Shown in pieces: positions 27,701 to 40,322 of a stretch of DNA of 51,222 nt. The stretch's first letter is position 1, and each line of letters begins with the position of its first letter. The stretch is from positions 68,922 through 120,143 of the forward strand of contig PS015179.1 of NCBI GenBank assembly GCA_048213135.1, in the 5' to 3' direction. A program made the translations under genes and the position numbers. The notes under the pieces were generated by a model. The model had not been told where the DNA came from, made no database searches, and worked only from the letters and a program-made list of their open reading frames with translations. The stretch comes from Reclinomonas americana ATCC 50394. Lineage: Eukaryota.

Positions 27701-30700
27701 CGCACCGCATACAGAGTGTCGCCAGGCACCACGTTCTGCGACTCCAGCGTCCGTGAGACGTCGGCCAGTGCGCGATTGTCGGCAGTGTGCAGTTGAATCG
27801 ACGGCGCCGTGCTGCTCGGCAGCACTTCGCACGAGGCAATCGCTCGCTGAATGTCTTGCACAGTCGTCTGGCCGGCTGTACAAGCCAAATAGAACAACAG
27901 GGAAACCACATCAGCGATCTCCAATCGCGGCTGCGAGACCATAGAGAGGGAATGTACGCAACGAATAATGGCGCACGCAATGCGGCGTGAGCTCGGAAGG
28001 CACACAAAGACGCGTGGCGGGGCCTCATTGCTCTGCGACACGAAAACAATACAGGAGTCAGTGTGCGCACCGGAGGCAAATGGGCCACAAGAGCGACGAA
28101 ACGAGTGGTGCGGCAACACCGCTGGGGAACTGCAGCACCAGTGGCCGCTCAATGCTCGGCGCGATCTTTGCAATGGCGTCGTCCGGGTGAGCCGGCTCAC
28201 CAGCCACCAGTGCGCGAATGTCTTCCTTGCCCAGCGGCGGTCGCTGAACGCCACCGGCCACGCAGGCTCGGCGAACGACCTCGCCGACAGTGTCGTCGGC
28301 TGCCGCCGGAATGACGTCGCGACGACTGTTGGGATAAACGACCGGCACACTCAGCGGAGCGCGGTGAACGAAGCGTGTCACCGGGATGCGAGCCGTGGGC
28401 TCGTCACGCGCGCGCTGCGTAGGGTGTGAGAAACAAGAAATGTCAGGACAGCGCAGTTTTACAAAGAACAGACCATGGCCGCCAGTGCCGCCGGCTCTGG
28501 CCACGTCTGTGTGTTTTGGGGCGCGCGTAAGCATCTTGGATGGAGAGAGAGAGAGAGAAGGAGAGGGAGAGGGAGAGGGAGAGGGAGAGGAAGAGGAGAG
28601 TGGGGAAGGGGAGAGGGAGAGGGAGAGGGAGAGGGTGAGGGTGAGGGTGAGAGGGAGAGGGTGGAAGGGAGAGGGAGAGGGAGAGGGAGAGGGAGAGGGA
28701 GAGGGAGAGGGAGAGGGAGAGGGAGAGAGGAAAGGAGTGATGCGCCACGCAGCCAACGTACCGCAAACAGCGTGTCACCCGGGCGCACTTGCTCGGCGGC
28801 CAGAGTGCGCTTGGGAGCGGAGAGCACTTGATCGTGGTCGGCCGTCGTGAGAACCAAGTAGGGAGAGTATTCGGACGGCAAGCCCTCGCTGGAGGTGACG
28901 GCGAATTTGACGTCGCCCACCGTGGTTGCCAGCGCTGATATCACCAACGTCGTCAAACAACGGAAGAAGACAAAAACAGGCAGTCAGAACAAACAACTCA
29001 CGTCGCACAGCACACGCCAGTCGGCGGTGACCTGGGAACTCGACAAAAATGCGAGGCGGCGCTTCCGACTACATAGTCCCCATGACGAGTGAGCAAATGA
29101 AAACAGCAGGTTGCACGATGATGGATGGAGGGGACGCACCGATGGTGCCACGTAGCCCGCGGGCCACGAGAGCGCAAGCGGTTGGTCGGGCGTGGCGCCG
29201 GTGCGCCACACTGGGCGCTCGTGAGGAATCTTGGTGTCGTCCACAGACACACGCACAGCGTCCAGCACGGCCGACGACGGCGCCGTCGGTGCGAGACCTT
29301 CCGAAACGTGCACGCGGCGAACCACATCGCGCACCGTGTCATCTTGGGCGCACACCACATTCTCCACACGGCCAGAGGGCAGCAGGACGGGCACGGTGTA
29401 CGTGGCACGATGCACGTAGCGCACCGGCGGGCACGGCAGGGTACGGTCCTGCGTGATGATCAGTGAGCAGCTGAAAGCAAATAGCGGAGAGGGGTGGCAA
29501 GAAACACAGTACGCAACCACAGCCGTGCTCGCAGTGACCGGCCACACCTGCGATATAAGAAAGGAGGAGTTATGTGTCAGCAGCGCACGCGCGTGCATTG
29601 CGAGTACAGCGAAGAGGCACTCACTGCCAGCAGTGTGTCGTTGGGCTCCACGCCCACAGCGTGCAACGACTTGGTGCCGTCCGCCAGCGGTCGATCGCCA
29701 TGATGAAGTGCCAGCGAGCCGGCAGCTTCGGCAGGCAGCGCCTCACTCGAGACGACTGCGTTCTTCACTTGCGACACAGTAGTCTCGCGAGCTATTCAAC
29801 GAAGAAGGGAGTGAGCCAACGAGAAAGAGAGAAAATGGAGAGAGGAACGCACGTGAGACGGCCACAGCAATGCGACGTCCGCCAGGGAAGACCACGTACA
29901 CCAGAGTGGGCTTGTGCACCTGCAGGCGTGACGAAGAGTGTGAGGATGGAGACACGAGAGTCGTGAGGGAGACGCCACACACACACGCAACTGGGGGCGC
30001 CGACTGGCCGGCCGGCCACGCCAGGACCAGAGGATGAGTGCGCGAAGCATCGACGTTCGTGATTGGAGTCATCAGCGGCACTGGAGCGCCACGCAGTGAC
30101 GCCGAAATGCGCGACTGGCCGGGCGGTGGGACAACCACGCCTTCGGCGACACAGACGCGACGGGTGACATCGTCGACCACATCGTCGGCCGCACACGGAA
30201 CCGTGACACGGCGTCCAGACGGCAAGCGGACTGGCACGTTGTGCGCCGGTCGCGTGGCATAGCGCACAGCGAGCACGCGATCGCCTTCGATGGGCGGACC
30301 AAGTGCTTTCGACGGCTACAAAGGACGGGAAGAAATAAGGAAGAGGAGAAGATGCGCAACAGGAGACGACGACGGCGCTTACGAACCAGAATCGGCAGCG
30401 ACGCCGTCGGCCACGACTGGAGAAAGGACTCAAGGTGAGTGCACACCAATTGGAGAACATCAGTGACAGTAAGCAAGAAAGAGAACGCACAGCAAAGAGG
30501 ACGTCATTCGGATTGATGCGGGCGGCGGTAAGCGTGCGGCCGTCTTCGAGAAGCGGACGCTCGCGCGTATCCAACAGCACGGTGCTCGACGCAAAATCGG
30601 CAGGCAGGCCTTCGGCCGCAGTCACTGCGGCTCTGAGACGGCCGACAGTGGTCTCGTTTGCTGCATGCCAAAAAGTCAAAACATATTCGCAAAAATAATG

Positions 30701-33700
30701 TGCGGCACATGTCGTTTCACGCAACGGCGAACGGCACACGCGACACGACGGCCATCGGGAAGCTCGACAAATACGCGAGTCGGAGCCGCCAACTGCGCCG
30801 ACGGGTGAGTGAAACAACATGACCTCTCATAAAACCTACAACTTCCCGACTCACCGGCACCGCCACTGTGGAGGGTGGGAACGAGAGAACCAGCGGATCG
30901 CTCTCTGTGGGCGCCGCCTGCACAATGGGAACCTGGCCGGCCACTGTCGTGCCACGAACCACGGCACCAATGGCGTGGGCGGCAGAGGTGGGCGGCGGTA
31001 CGCCTTCAGCAACACAAACGCGACGAATGACATCGTCGACGCTGTCGTCGGTGGTGGCGGGCACCACTTCGCGGCGGCCAGTAGGCAGTTGCACGGGCAC
31101 TTGGTGGGGATGGCGGTGCACGAAGCGAGTGACGGGCACCGTGGACATGGTGGGGGCGGCGGACACGCCGGCCTGTGGGTGGCGAAAGGGGGGAGGTAAG
31201 GGGAAGGTAAGAGGGAAGATAAGGGGGAGGGGGAAGGGGAAAGGAGAAAGGGGACAGGGGGAAGGGGGTAAAAGGGAAGGGCGGTAAAGTAAAGGGGAAG
31301 AGGGAAAGGGGAAGAGGGAAAGGATGGAGGGCGGAAGATGGAAGGGGGAAGACGGAGAGGAGAAGGGGGAAGGGATGGTCAAGGGACGACGACTCACCGG
31401 TACCGGGACAGTTGCGTGCATTGGCCAGGACTGCGATAAGAGGGGATGGAAGTAAGGGGGCAAACGGGGTGAGCTAGGTAAATGGATAACGAGAGAAGCA
31501 AGACAAGACGCAACAGCCTGGAGAGTATCCCCAGCAGCCACATTGACGGCCTCCAGAGTCTTCTTCGAGTCGTCCAGAGGTCGACCACCGGCTGTGCGCA
31601 GTGACATGGTGCTCACGGCGTTGTCGGGCAGGCCTTCACTTGAGACGACGGCACTCTTGATGCCACCGACGGTGGTGGTGCCAGCTGCATTTTGACGGGT
31701 TGTGAGTCGACAGTGCATCGTAAAAGCGTATTCACATAAAAGAGTACGGAACGTCGAATGGCGCAGGCCACACGTCGGGCGCCAGGCAGCTCGACATACA
31801 CACGAGGTGGGGCAGCTTGCTGCTCAGATGGAAAGAAGTTTAGATTGAGCTAAGCTCCAACCTTCGTCTCTCTTTCTCTCACCTGCGTAGCTCCATACGA
31901 GGGCGGCACGGCAAGCACCAGCGGGTACAACGGTGTCGGCCCAACATGCGCCAGCGGCACATCCAATGGCACATCCTCGCCGTCATACGACACCTGGATC
32001 GGCTCGTCGCCAAACTCGGGAGTCTTCAAGCCCTCGGCCACACACACGCGGCGTGCGACATCGCGGATGGTATCGTCCGTCGACGCAGCCACAGCTTCGC
32101 GGCGGCCACTCGGCAACACCACCGGCACCACTTGCGATGGGCGATAGGCGTAGCGGACAACAGGAATCGGTGTTCCGGGGACCGCAGCCACCGGCGGGGC
32201 GGAGCTTTCTGGCACACCCAGCACACCGGGCTGCACGAGAACGAACAGGTTGAGTGATATGCGTGCAATGCACGACAGGCTGTACAACTCACCTTGCTCG
32301 CCAGCATGTTGAGACGCGGCCACGACTGTTTGACACACAGACGTGTAAGGGAGATGCAAACAAACGCAGCGCAATAGAATGGGTACGAAACAGCAGTCAG
32401 CGTGTTTCCAGGCACCACGCCCACGGCGTTCAGTGTCTTGCGCGGATCGTCGAGTGCGCGGTCGCCAGGGGCACGCAGCAGCACCGCTGCGGCTTTTTCG
32501 GCGGGCAGGCCCTCGCTGGAGGCCACGGCACGCTTCACATCGGCGACCGTCGTCTCGCGAGCTGCAACGAGGAGACGCAAGAGTGAGCGACAAGCAGGCG
32601 AGCAGAAGAGTAAGCAGTAGCAGTGGTACTCAACGCTTGACAGCCACGGCAATGCGGCGACGGTTCGGCAACTCGACATTGATGCGCTCCGGTGCGTCGG
32701 TCTGGTGGCGAGCAACGGTCAGTTTTCCCCAGCATATCGTAAAGAGGAATCACTCTGAAGCGCACCGCGAATGATGCAGAGGGATTGTCCCACTGCAGCA
32801 CCAGCGGCGTCTCGGGTGTGATACCGGCATTGCCGACAGTCACATCCGACGGCACCACGACGCCGTCGACAGAGGTCGTCAGCGGCGGTCCATCGACCGA
32901 TGGCAGAGGCACACCCTCGGCCACAAACACACGACGCACAACGTCGTCCACCGTGTCGTCGGCAGCGGCAGGCACCTGATCGCGGCGCCCGTTCGGCAGC
33001 ACCACTGCAGCAGTGGTTGTCGGACGGAATACGTGGCGAATGACAGGCACGCCCGGCTGTCAAACTTCGAGTGAGCACGCGTCACTAGTGAGCAACAGCA
33101 GAGTTCTACGCAACCTGCTCAACCGAGCGGAAACCGCGGCGCGGGTCGCGCAGGTAGCGGTAGCGCATCACCGGTGCCTTGGAGGAAGGGAGAGCAACGA
33201 CTTGAGGGGGGAGGAGATGTGGGAAGGGGGAAATGAGAGGTTTCTAATCACCTTGATGCGATTTCCGCCGAGAGCAGTCACACCAGCCGGCTGCACCAAA
33301 TTGATTAATGTGCGCACGTGAGTTGGTAATCAATCGATGCGTAGAAGACTGGAAACACAAAGCCGCACCGATACACCGACACGGACATCATCGGGCCAGT
33401 GCTGTGTTATGAGAGAAGTAGTAGAGTGAGACAAAGGAACGTGCTGGGTAGTTGACGGAGAGACGCACCGCGTAGAGACGCGAGTCGGGAACCACGCCAA
33501 CGGCAGCGAGCGGGGCGGCATCGTCGTCAAAGACGTGGTCGTCGGAGCCACGCAAGACAACAGTGTCGGCGAGGACGGCGGGAATGCCTTCGGCACGCAC
33601 CAGATCGTCTTTGACGTCACCAATGGTGCTCTCGTCGGCTGCGATCGATTAGGGGAGAGTTGATGACGCGATTGCTCAATGAATAAAGTGGGGGCGCGTA

Positions 33701-36700
33701 CGCAACGCTTGATGGAGGTGACGACGACACGGTCGCCAGGCAGCACAATGTAGACCACGGGAGCCGCCGTGTGCTGCAAGTGAGGCAAAGTGTGAGTGAA
33801 GGGGAAGGGAGGGGCGCTCAATAGGAGAAGTTGAAGTAACGCGGACACACATACACGCACGACGCACGCACCAACAATCACAGGGCGCACATTCAGACAC
33901 ACGAAAGCATACTGATGAAGGACGCACAGACATCAGGACGCACATACAGACAAAGGACGAAGGACGTACACAGACAAAAGAACCCATGAAGACATCAGGA
34001 CGCATACAGACACACGAACCCATGAAGACATCAGGACGAAAACAGACACGTGAGAGCAGAAACAAATGCACGAACGTGAGCGCAGGATCAAACTGCATGC
34101 ACGCAAAAGAATACATCCGTGAACACAGATACTCGGACGCTGGGACACATGCAAGGAAGTACGAAGCAAAACCTCAGAACTGCAAGCACTCGACAGGCAA
34201 ACAACAACACACAGGTGCACGCCCGTGCACAAACAGCACAGATTCGCATACAGATACACGGAAGTACAAGGCAAGTTCACATAAACGCAATCACACGCAC
34301 AAACGCAAGCACCCCAAGAGAACACACACACACACAGTCACGCTTTCGCAGACATCGAACGCACGCGGAAGCAAGGAATGCACGCGCAAATACAAAGAGC
34401 ACGTTCCCAGAACAAAAAGAAAACGCAACCACTGGAACGGACGAGCCACTGGGCCAGGTCAGCACCAGCGGGTTCTCGGGTGTTGCACCAAGAGTGGCGA
34501 CGACAGTAGCAGGCGGCATGACATCCCCACCCACGGAGGCGCGAACGGCAGGTGCGCCGACTGCCGGCAGTGGCAAGCCTTCGGCGACCGACACACGTCG
34601 CACCACATCCACCACACGATCGTCGTGCGCCACCGGAATTTGCTCGACGCGTCCCGACGGCAGACGAACAGGTACGAGCAGAGGCGGGCGGTACAGGTAG
34701 CGTGCCAAGGGCATACGCACGGTGCGTGGGCACTGCAATCCGCGACGGTCAGCATAAAAAGGAAAGAAACAGGCAGCAGGGGAGAGAGAGAGAGAGAGAG
34801 AGAGAGACGGCGACAGAAAGAAAGAGCTACAGAGAGAGAGAGAGACGAGGAGAAGAACATGTACAGCAACAACAGCAAGAAAGAGAGAGACAGTACGAGA
34901 GAGAGACGAGGAGGTGAACAGCAAGAAAAGCAAGAACAGAAAAATGGCAAGAAAGACAAGAGAGAGAGAGAGAGACAAAGAGATAGAGAGAGAAAAGGAG
35001 ATCAAAAGAGAAAGTGAGAGAAAGACAGAATGAGAGAGTCAGAGTGTGATTGTGGAGGAGAGACAGTACGTTTGTGTGAGAGAGACTATGTGAGCGGAAG
35101 AGTGCAACAAACTGCGAGACAATGCGCCCACACATAAAAAGTGTACTCACCAATGGTTGGCCGTCGGGGTTGCTCTGTGCACACAAGCCACAGCACCAGT
35201 GAATACAAGAGTAACAGATGAGAAGCACGAGTGACGAGTGACGGACGCAACCTGTGTCGGCATGACATGGCGATAGCGAACGACTGGCAACTGGCGCAGG
35301 GTCGGGGCGGTGCTCTGCGACGAAAGAAATACGAGTGAGAAAGTCGCGCAGGCAAGACAACGATGATGACGAGACTCACCGGCATGCCAACGGCAGCAGT
35401 GTCGGGCCACGACTGCAAAGAGAAAGGTGAGCAAAGCAATGTTCGTCACGACAACATGAACGACGACACGCACCGCGTCCAGCATATCACGCGAACGGAT
35501 GCCGGCATCTTGGAGACTCTGCGAGTCGTTGTTCAGCTTGCGCCCGTTGTGGGTCAGCGTCAGCAACTCGGTGGCGTCCTGAGGCAGGCCCTCGGAGCTG
35601 CATGTGGCGTTCTTGACGTGCTGAACGGTTGTGGTGTCAGCTGCGTCAGGTGCTCAAGTGAGTTTGAAGCGAGTGACATGGGATCACTCAAGGGGGAAAC
35701 GCACGATCCACGGCCACGGCAATGACGCGCTTGCTCGGGTATGACACGTAGACAAACGACGGCGATTGGCGCTACAGCGAAGAAAATCTACGTCAGCGAC
35801 CGTACATCAAATCAGGGCGACAAAACAACATACCGTGGGCGCCATGCCTCCAGCAGGCCACGCCAGCGTCAGCGGCTGCTGCTGCGTCACACGCAGCTGT
35901 CCCACTGGCGCCACCGGCGACACTTGGTGTCCGCGCACGGTGGCGATGATTTGCGGCTGGCCGGTTGCAGGCACCGGCACGCCCTCGGCAATGCAAGTGC
36001 GCGCCACCACGTCCTGCACAATATCGTCGGCTGTGCATGGTAGCAAAAGTGTCATTCAGTTTCCAACCTGCACGATGATGAAAGAGACGAGCGACGCAAC
36101 AGCTGGCCGGAATGTCAATGACGCGGCCGCCCACCGACACGGGCACAGTGGTGCCGGGGCGATGCACGTAGACGGCGATGGGAACGGCGATTTCTTGCGG
36201 CTGATGTACGGGGTGAGAGACATGAGGAAAAGAAGGAGGAACAGTGAGAAAGCGCAGTGTCNNNNNNNNNNNNNNNNNNNNGAAGGGGGGTGGGGAAGGG
36301 GGGAGGGGAAGGGGGAAGAGGAAGGGGGAGGAGAAGGGGAAGGAAGAATAAAATGAAGAGGATGAGGGGAAGACGAAGGGGAAGACGAAGGGGGAAGAGA
36401 AAGGGGGAAGAGGAAGGGGGAAGGAGAATGGGGAAGGGGAATGGGGAAGGAGAAGGGGGAAGGAGGAAGGCGGATGGAGAAGAAGGAAGAATAAGGGGAA
36501 GAGAAAGGGGGAAGAGGAAGGGGGGAAGAGAAAGGAAGGAAGAGAAAGGAGGGAAGAGGAAGGGGGAAGAGGAAGGGGGAAAGAGGAAGGGGGAAAGAGG
36601 AAGGGGGAAAGAGGAAGGGGGAAAGAGAAAGGGGGAAAGAGAAAGGGGGAAGACAAGAGGAAGAAGAGGAGAGGAGGAGAGAGAGGAGAGAGTTGTGAGC

Positions 36701-39700
36701 ACACCGTCAACTGCGTCGAAATGGTCGTCGGCCAGTCCTGCACAAACAAAGGACTGTTCAGATGCGTGGCGGGCAACGTGGCAGGTCGATCGGCAGCGAC
36801 GCACGACATAGATTTCGTCCTCCTCCAACACGCCGGCCTCCTCCATCGTCTGCTCGTCGTCACACAGAATGGCGTCCTGACTGGTGAGCATAATCAGNNN
36901 NNNNNNNNNNNNNNNNNCGGTGCCTCGGCCTTGATCTGCTTGGTGCGAGACGGGAATGTCTGCGGAAAGGAGGAAAGGTGTGAGGATAAGTGGTCAGAAG
37001 GCAAAAACATAATCAAACTTCTCTGAGTGAGGGCTGTCTCGCACATGCACTGAGCGGCGCACGGCTCACTCTCTTCCTCTCCCTCCATTTTGGATTGCGA
37101 CTCGTTCAAGCGCGCGAATACACACACGCATGCGCTCGTTTCTCACTGATTCTAACTCTCTTTGAGTCATTGTCTCAATCCGGATCTCTCAAATTCTCAA
37201 CCTAACACGCAAACAATTATTCACCCACATTCACAAATACACACAGTCTTCCTCCCTAACTCGCTCCCTCCTACTTTCTTTCACTGAGTCGCCGTTCTGC
37301 TTTCTCTTCCTCCCCTTCCCTCTTTTTCTCCCTCCGTCCCATCTCTCTGTCACTTCACGAACCAGGTAAATGAGCTTGGTGTTGGAGATGGTGGACAGAC
37401 GATCCGAATCCTTCAGCGTCTTGTTGCTCTGCTTGGCCACAATGGTGCCGGAGGGCGGCGGAATGCCCTCCATCAGCAGCGTGCGCCGCTTCAGGTTGCG
37501 GACGTCGTCGGAGGGCGCCACTGGCACCTCGACTTGTCGCTTGTTCGGCAGCACCACGGTGTAGATATCAGCCGTGCCGTGCACCAGAGGGGCAGCGGAC
37601 GGGCTACCGCTGCCGCTGCCGCTGGGAGGAGCAGCAGCAGAGAGCGACCGGGCGACGGTGGGTGAGGCCTGCGCGATGGGGAAGGTAAGGAGGGCGCAAA
37701 GAGGGGCGAAGGGTGGCAGGCTGTCGAATCACGCACCGCACGACCGCGACGTCGGGGGACACCGGCGACGTTTGCAGGCCATAACTGTGGGCAGGGAGAA
37801 GGGGGAGAAGGGGGAGAACAAAGAGAAGAGATGGAGGGAGGGTCGAGAGTTAAGCTTAGTAATGCGGTTGAATGAAAGTGTGACACGGAGGGCAAGAGCG
37901 AAAAAGGTTATTGACTAGGAACGCCAAGGCGAGGGAGAGACAGAGGGGGAAACAGAGAGAGAAACAGAGGGAGAGACAGAGGGAGAGACAGAGGGGGAGA
38001 CAGAGGGGGAGACAGAGGGAGAGAGAGAAATAGAGAGAAACAGAGGTGAGAGACAGACGAGGGAGAGAGAGATAGAGGTAGAAAGACAGACGAGAGACAC
38101 AAAGAAAGGAGAGAACGCGCGTGCGTGAGAATGAAAGAGTGAGAGAGATGGGGAGAGACAAGAGAAACGAGGGAAAGGAAAATTTACCAGAAAGTGGCAG
38201 GGCGACACGGAGAGAGGGACAGGCGACGGAGAACTGAGAAGCACAAGCTCCAAGACGACGAGCAACGCAACGGCAGTCAAAATGTCCTGATCTTGCACGC
38301 CCGCATCACGCAGTTTGACATCGTCGGCGGGCGCCAACGCGCCGTTCGGCAATCTCAGCACTTGCGACTTGAGGGTGGCTGGCGGCAAGTTTTCGGCGCG
38401 AACCACTCCGCGCTTGATGGTGGCCACTGTGTCCTTGTCCACTGATTGACGGCGAGTGGTTAGAAGAGGGAAGGCTTGAAGGGAGAAAACATCCACACGC
38501 AACAGTCGACTCCGATAGGGACGATGCGCAGGCCGGCCACATCCACGTTCACCGTGTGCGGAGCGCCCGGTGGCGGAGTGCCGCGGGTGGTGGGTGGGAA
38601 GGACTGTGTTGAGGAGAAAGGAGAGGAAAAGGAGGAAGCACGACGATGAGCGAAGCTTGAAACATACGCGAAAAGGAAGATGTCACGGATGCGTGTGAGA
38701 GAATGGACATCAGGCAAAGGGAGCTAAATTAGGAAGGGGCAGACAGTGCACGGAGAGTGCGCAACGAGAGAGCATACTGATCGACTCATCGGTGATGGGC
38801 TCGAAGAAGAACCACGCCACCTTCTGAGAAACACATGGAGAGAGGATAACGACGAGGGAACCGTTGGGAGACGAAACGGCGAAATCGAGACGGTGATGAG
38901 AAGCTACGGGAAAGGGATGGGAGGAGAGATGGGGGTAACACCGCAGGAGAAGTGCACGACTGGGAGCGACAGGAAAAATAGGGAGAGACAGACAGACAGA
39001 CAGACAAACAGAGAGGGAGAGAGAGAGAAAGGCGAGAATTATTCGAAGGAAGGTGCAGAGCAGATAAAGCCAACGAGAGAGACAGAAGCCAGTGCACAGA
39101 AAGTGCGAAACGGGAGAACCAGCACGAAGGGAAGAGGAAAGGAAAATAGAGATGCGGAGATCGTATTGAGCCGTGTCGAGCACAGGTGACAGAACGGAGA
39201 CGGGAGGACAGACAGGAACCAGAGGCAGTGTGAGGAGATAGGGTGAAGGAGAATGCTGAGTGAACGAGGGGGGAGGCGAGGATCTCCAGAATCACTTGAC
39301 GACCACGCACCCCAGCCACTTGATCGCCGGCGGGAATGCCAGCGTCGACGACCATCATCTCGTTCGGCAGCGTGCGACCACCGTGTGAGAGCGACATGTT
39401 GGGCGCCGAGTCCGCCGGCAGTCCCTCTGCCACGCACACGCGACGCTTCACATCCGCAAAGTTTTCGGTGGCTGGAGACGAGAGCGTGAGCACACACAAA
39501 ACAAGAACAAGAAAAGAGGAGCGCCACGAAACGCTTGACGTTGAGTCGCACAGGCGCACGACCAGGAAGCACCACGATGAGCGACCGAGAGTCCATCGGC
39601 TGTGCTCGTCACCGCAGTGAGTGAGTGAGAGGGATGGCAAAGAGGAGTGCNNNNNNNNNNNNNNNNNNNNNNNNNNNNNNNNNNNNNNNNNNNNNNNNNN

Positions 39701-40144
39701 NNNNNNNNNNNNNNNNNNNNNNNNNNNNNNNNNNNNNNNNNNNNNNNNNNNNNNNNNNNNNNNNNNNNNNNNNNNNNNNNNNNNNNNNNNNNNNNNNNNN
39801 NNNNNNNNNNNNNNNNNNNNNNNNNNNNNNNNNNNNNNNNNNNNNNNNNNNNNNNNNNNNNNNNNNNNNNNNNNNNNNNNNNNNNNNNNNNNNNNNNNNN
39901 NNNNNNNNNNNNNNNNNNNNNNNNNNNNNNNNNNNNNNNNNNNNNNNNNNNNNNNNNNAAAGAGAGAGAGAGAGAGAGAGAGAGGTGGATGCAATGTCCG
40001 ATCTCATGTGCCAAAAAGGGAAAGGGCAGAGCAAAGACAACTCCAACGACTCTCGAAAACTAGAGTCGGCAGAGCAATGGGTGCTGTGAAGAGTGCAAAC
40101 GCAACAGGAAGCCGTGCCCGCGACTGCTGATTCATTGGAGGCAT
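15713..40144 (-). CDS. Giant poly-ubiquitin-like (~40 UBL domains) VIT-vWA protein with VWA5A-like C-terminus (highly spliced; 5' end uncertain)
   Basis: Repeated ~75-90 aa units with a beta-grasp pattern (VxVxLPxGR...TVxxVKxxVxxxEGLP...LxLxxxGRxLxDxxTLxxxGVxxGDxLxA) from ~39600 to 19579. Phase-0 splices (19578, 19450) lead into ASPDAPRKRRF..., then VIT (IKQRFQHTGNSVMDVEYVFP), vWA (ELIFILDCSRSM...FNIVKFG...GTRLLPVL...LFLLTDG...RVFTIGIG) and a VWA5A-like tail (WFTAVALAVL...EWRLVANKAARFL), stop at 15713. Start at ATG 40144 (MPPMNQQSRARLP|GTTGCGT) is tentative. Confidence 0.75.
17090..17760 (-). other. vWA domain with intact MIDAS motif (part of the giant gene)
   Basis: DCSRS (DxSxS) at 17719-17733, with the downstream GT and LLTDG residues present. 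Confidence 0.9.
28541..28732. repeat. Intronic polypurine (GAGAGG)n/(GA)n microsatellite
   Basis: Hexamer array directly visible, inside an intron of the giant gene (pyrimidine-rich on the sense strand). Confidence 0.9.
33913..34050. repeat. Degenerate intronic minisatellite, ~36-bp unit containing GAACCCATGAAGACATCAGGACG
   Basis: Core occurs at ~33980 and ~34015, with partial GACATCAGGACG/GGACG copies upstream. Confidence 0.6.
36282..36691. repeat. Intronic G/A-rich low-complexity tract (GAGGAAGGGGGAAA-like units)
   Basis: About 400 bp almost entirely purine on the + strand; similar tracts at ~31190-31375 and ~37930-38180. Confidence 0.85.
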
Positions 40145-40322
40145 GCGAGACGACAGATACAAGCACGGGGGAAACAGCTGAAGCAGTAAAATCACGCAAA
40201 CGAGGAAAACGAGAAGGAGAGGGAGTGGAAAACCAACAGTTTCCAGGGGAGGTGGACAGACACAACAACCGAGACCTCTTTGTCGATGAGGAAAGCAAGA
40301 ACGGTAAACAGAACAAGACACA

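Larger units (their letters stand above)
25943..36200 (-). repeat. Ten tandem A-B UBL pairs (protein-level repeat, roughly 1 kb genomic period)
   Basis: A-type: PVxRYVxRP..VPVxLPSGRRExV..DDTVxDVVRRVCVAEGVPxP...PLVLxWP. B-type: PxRVYVxLPGxRRIAxAV|.ETTVxxVKxAVxSSEGLP...L.D...TL.A.GV.PGDTL.A. Strict alternation observed ten times. Confidence 0.8.

Noticed and set aside
28058-28956. ORFs with SP/LS/GE/RG dipeptide runs (also 34277-35017, 35793-36891, 40539-41971)
   Set aside because: Translations of intronic microsatellites or of N gaps.
19579-39600. Conventional polyubiquitin or poly-SUMO precursor
   Set aside because: Units are highly divergent from one another and from ubiquitin, lack C-terminal Gly-Gly, and are separated by introns and linkers.
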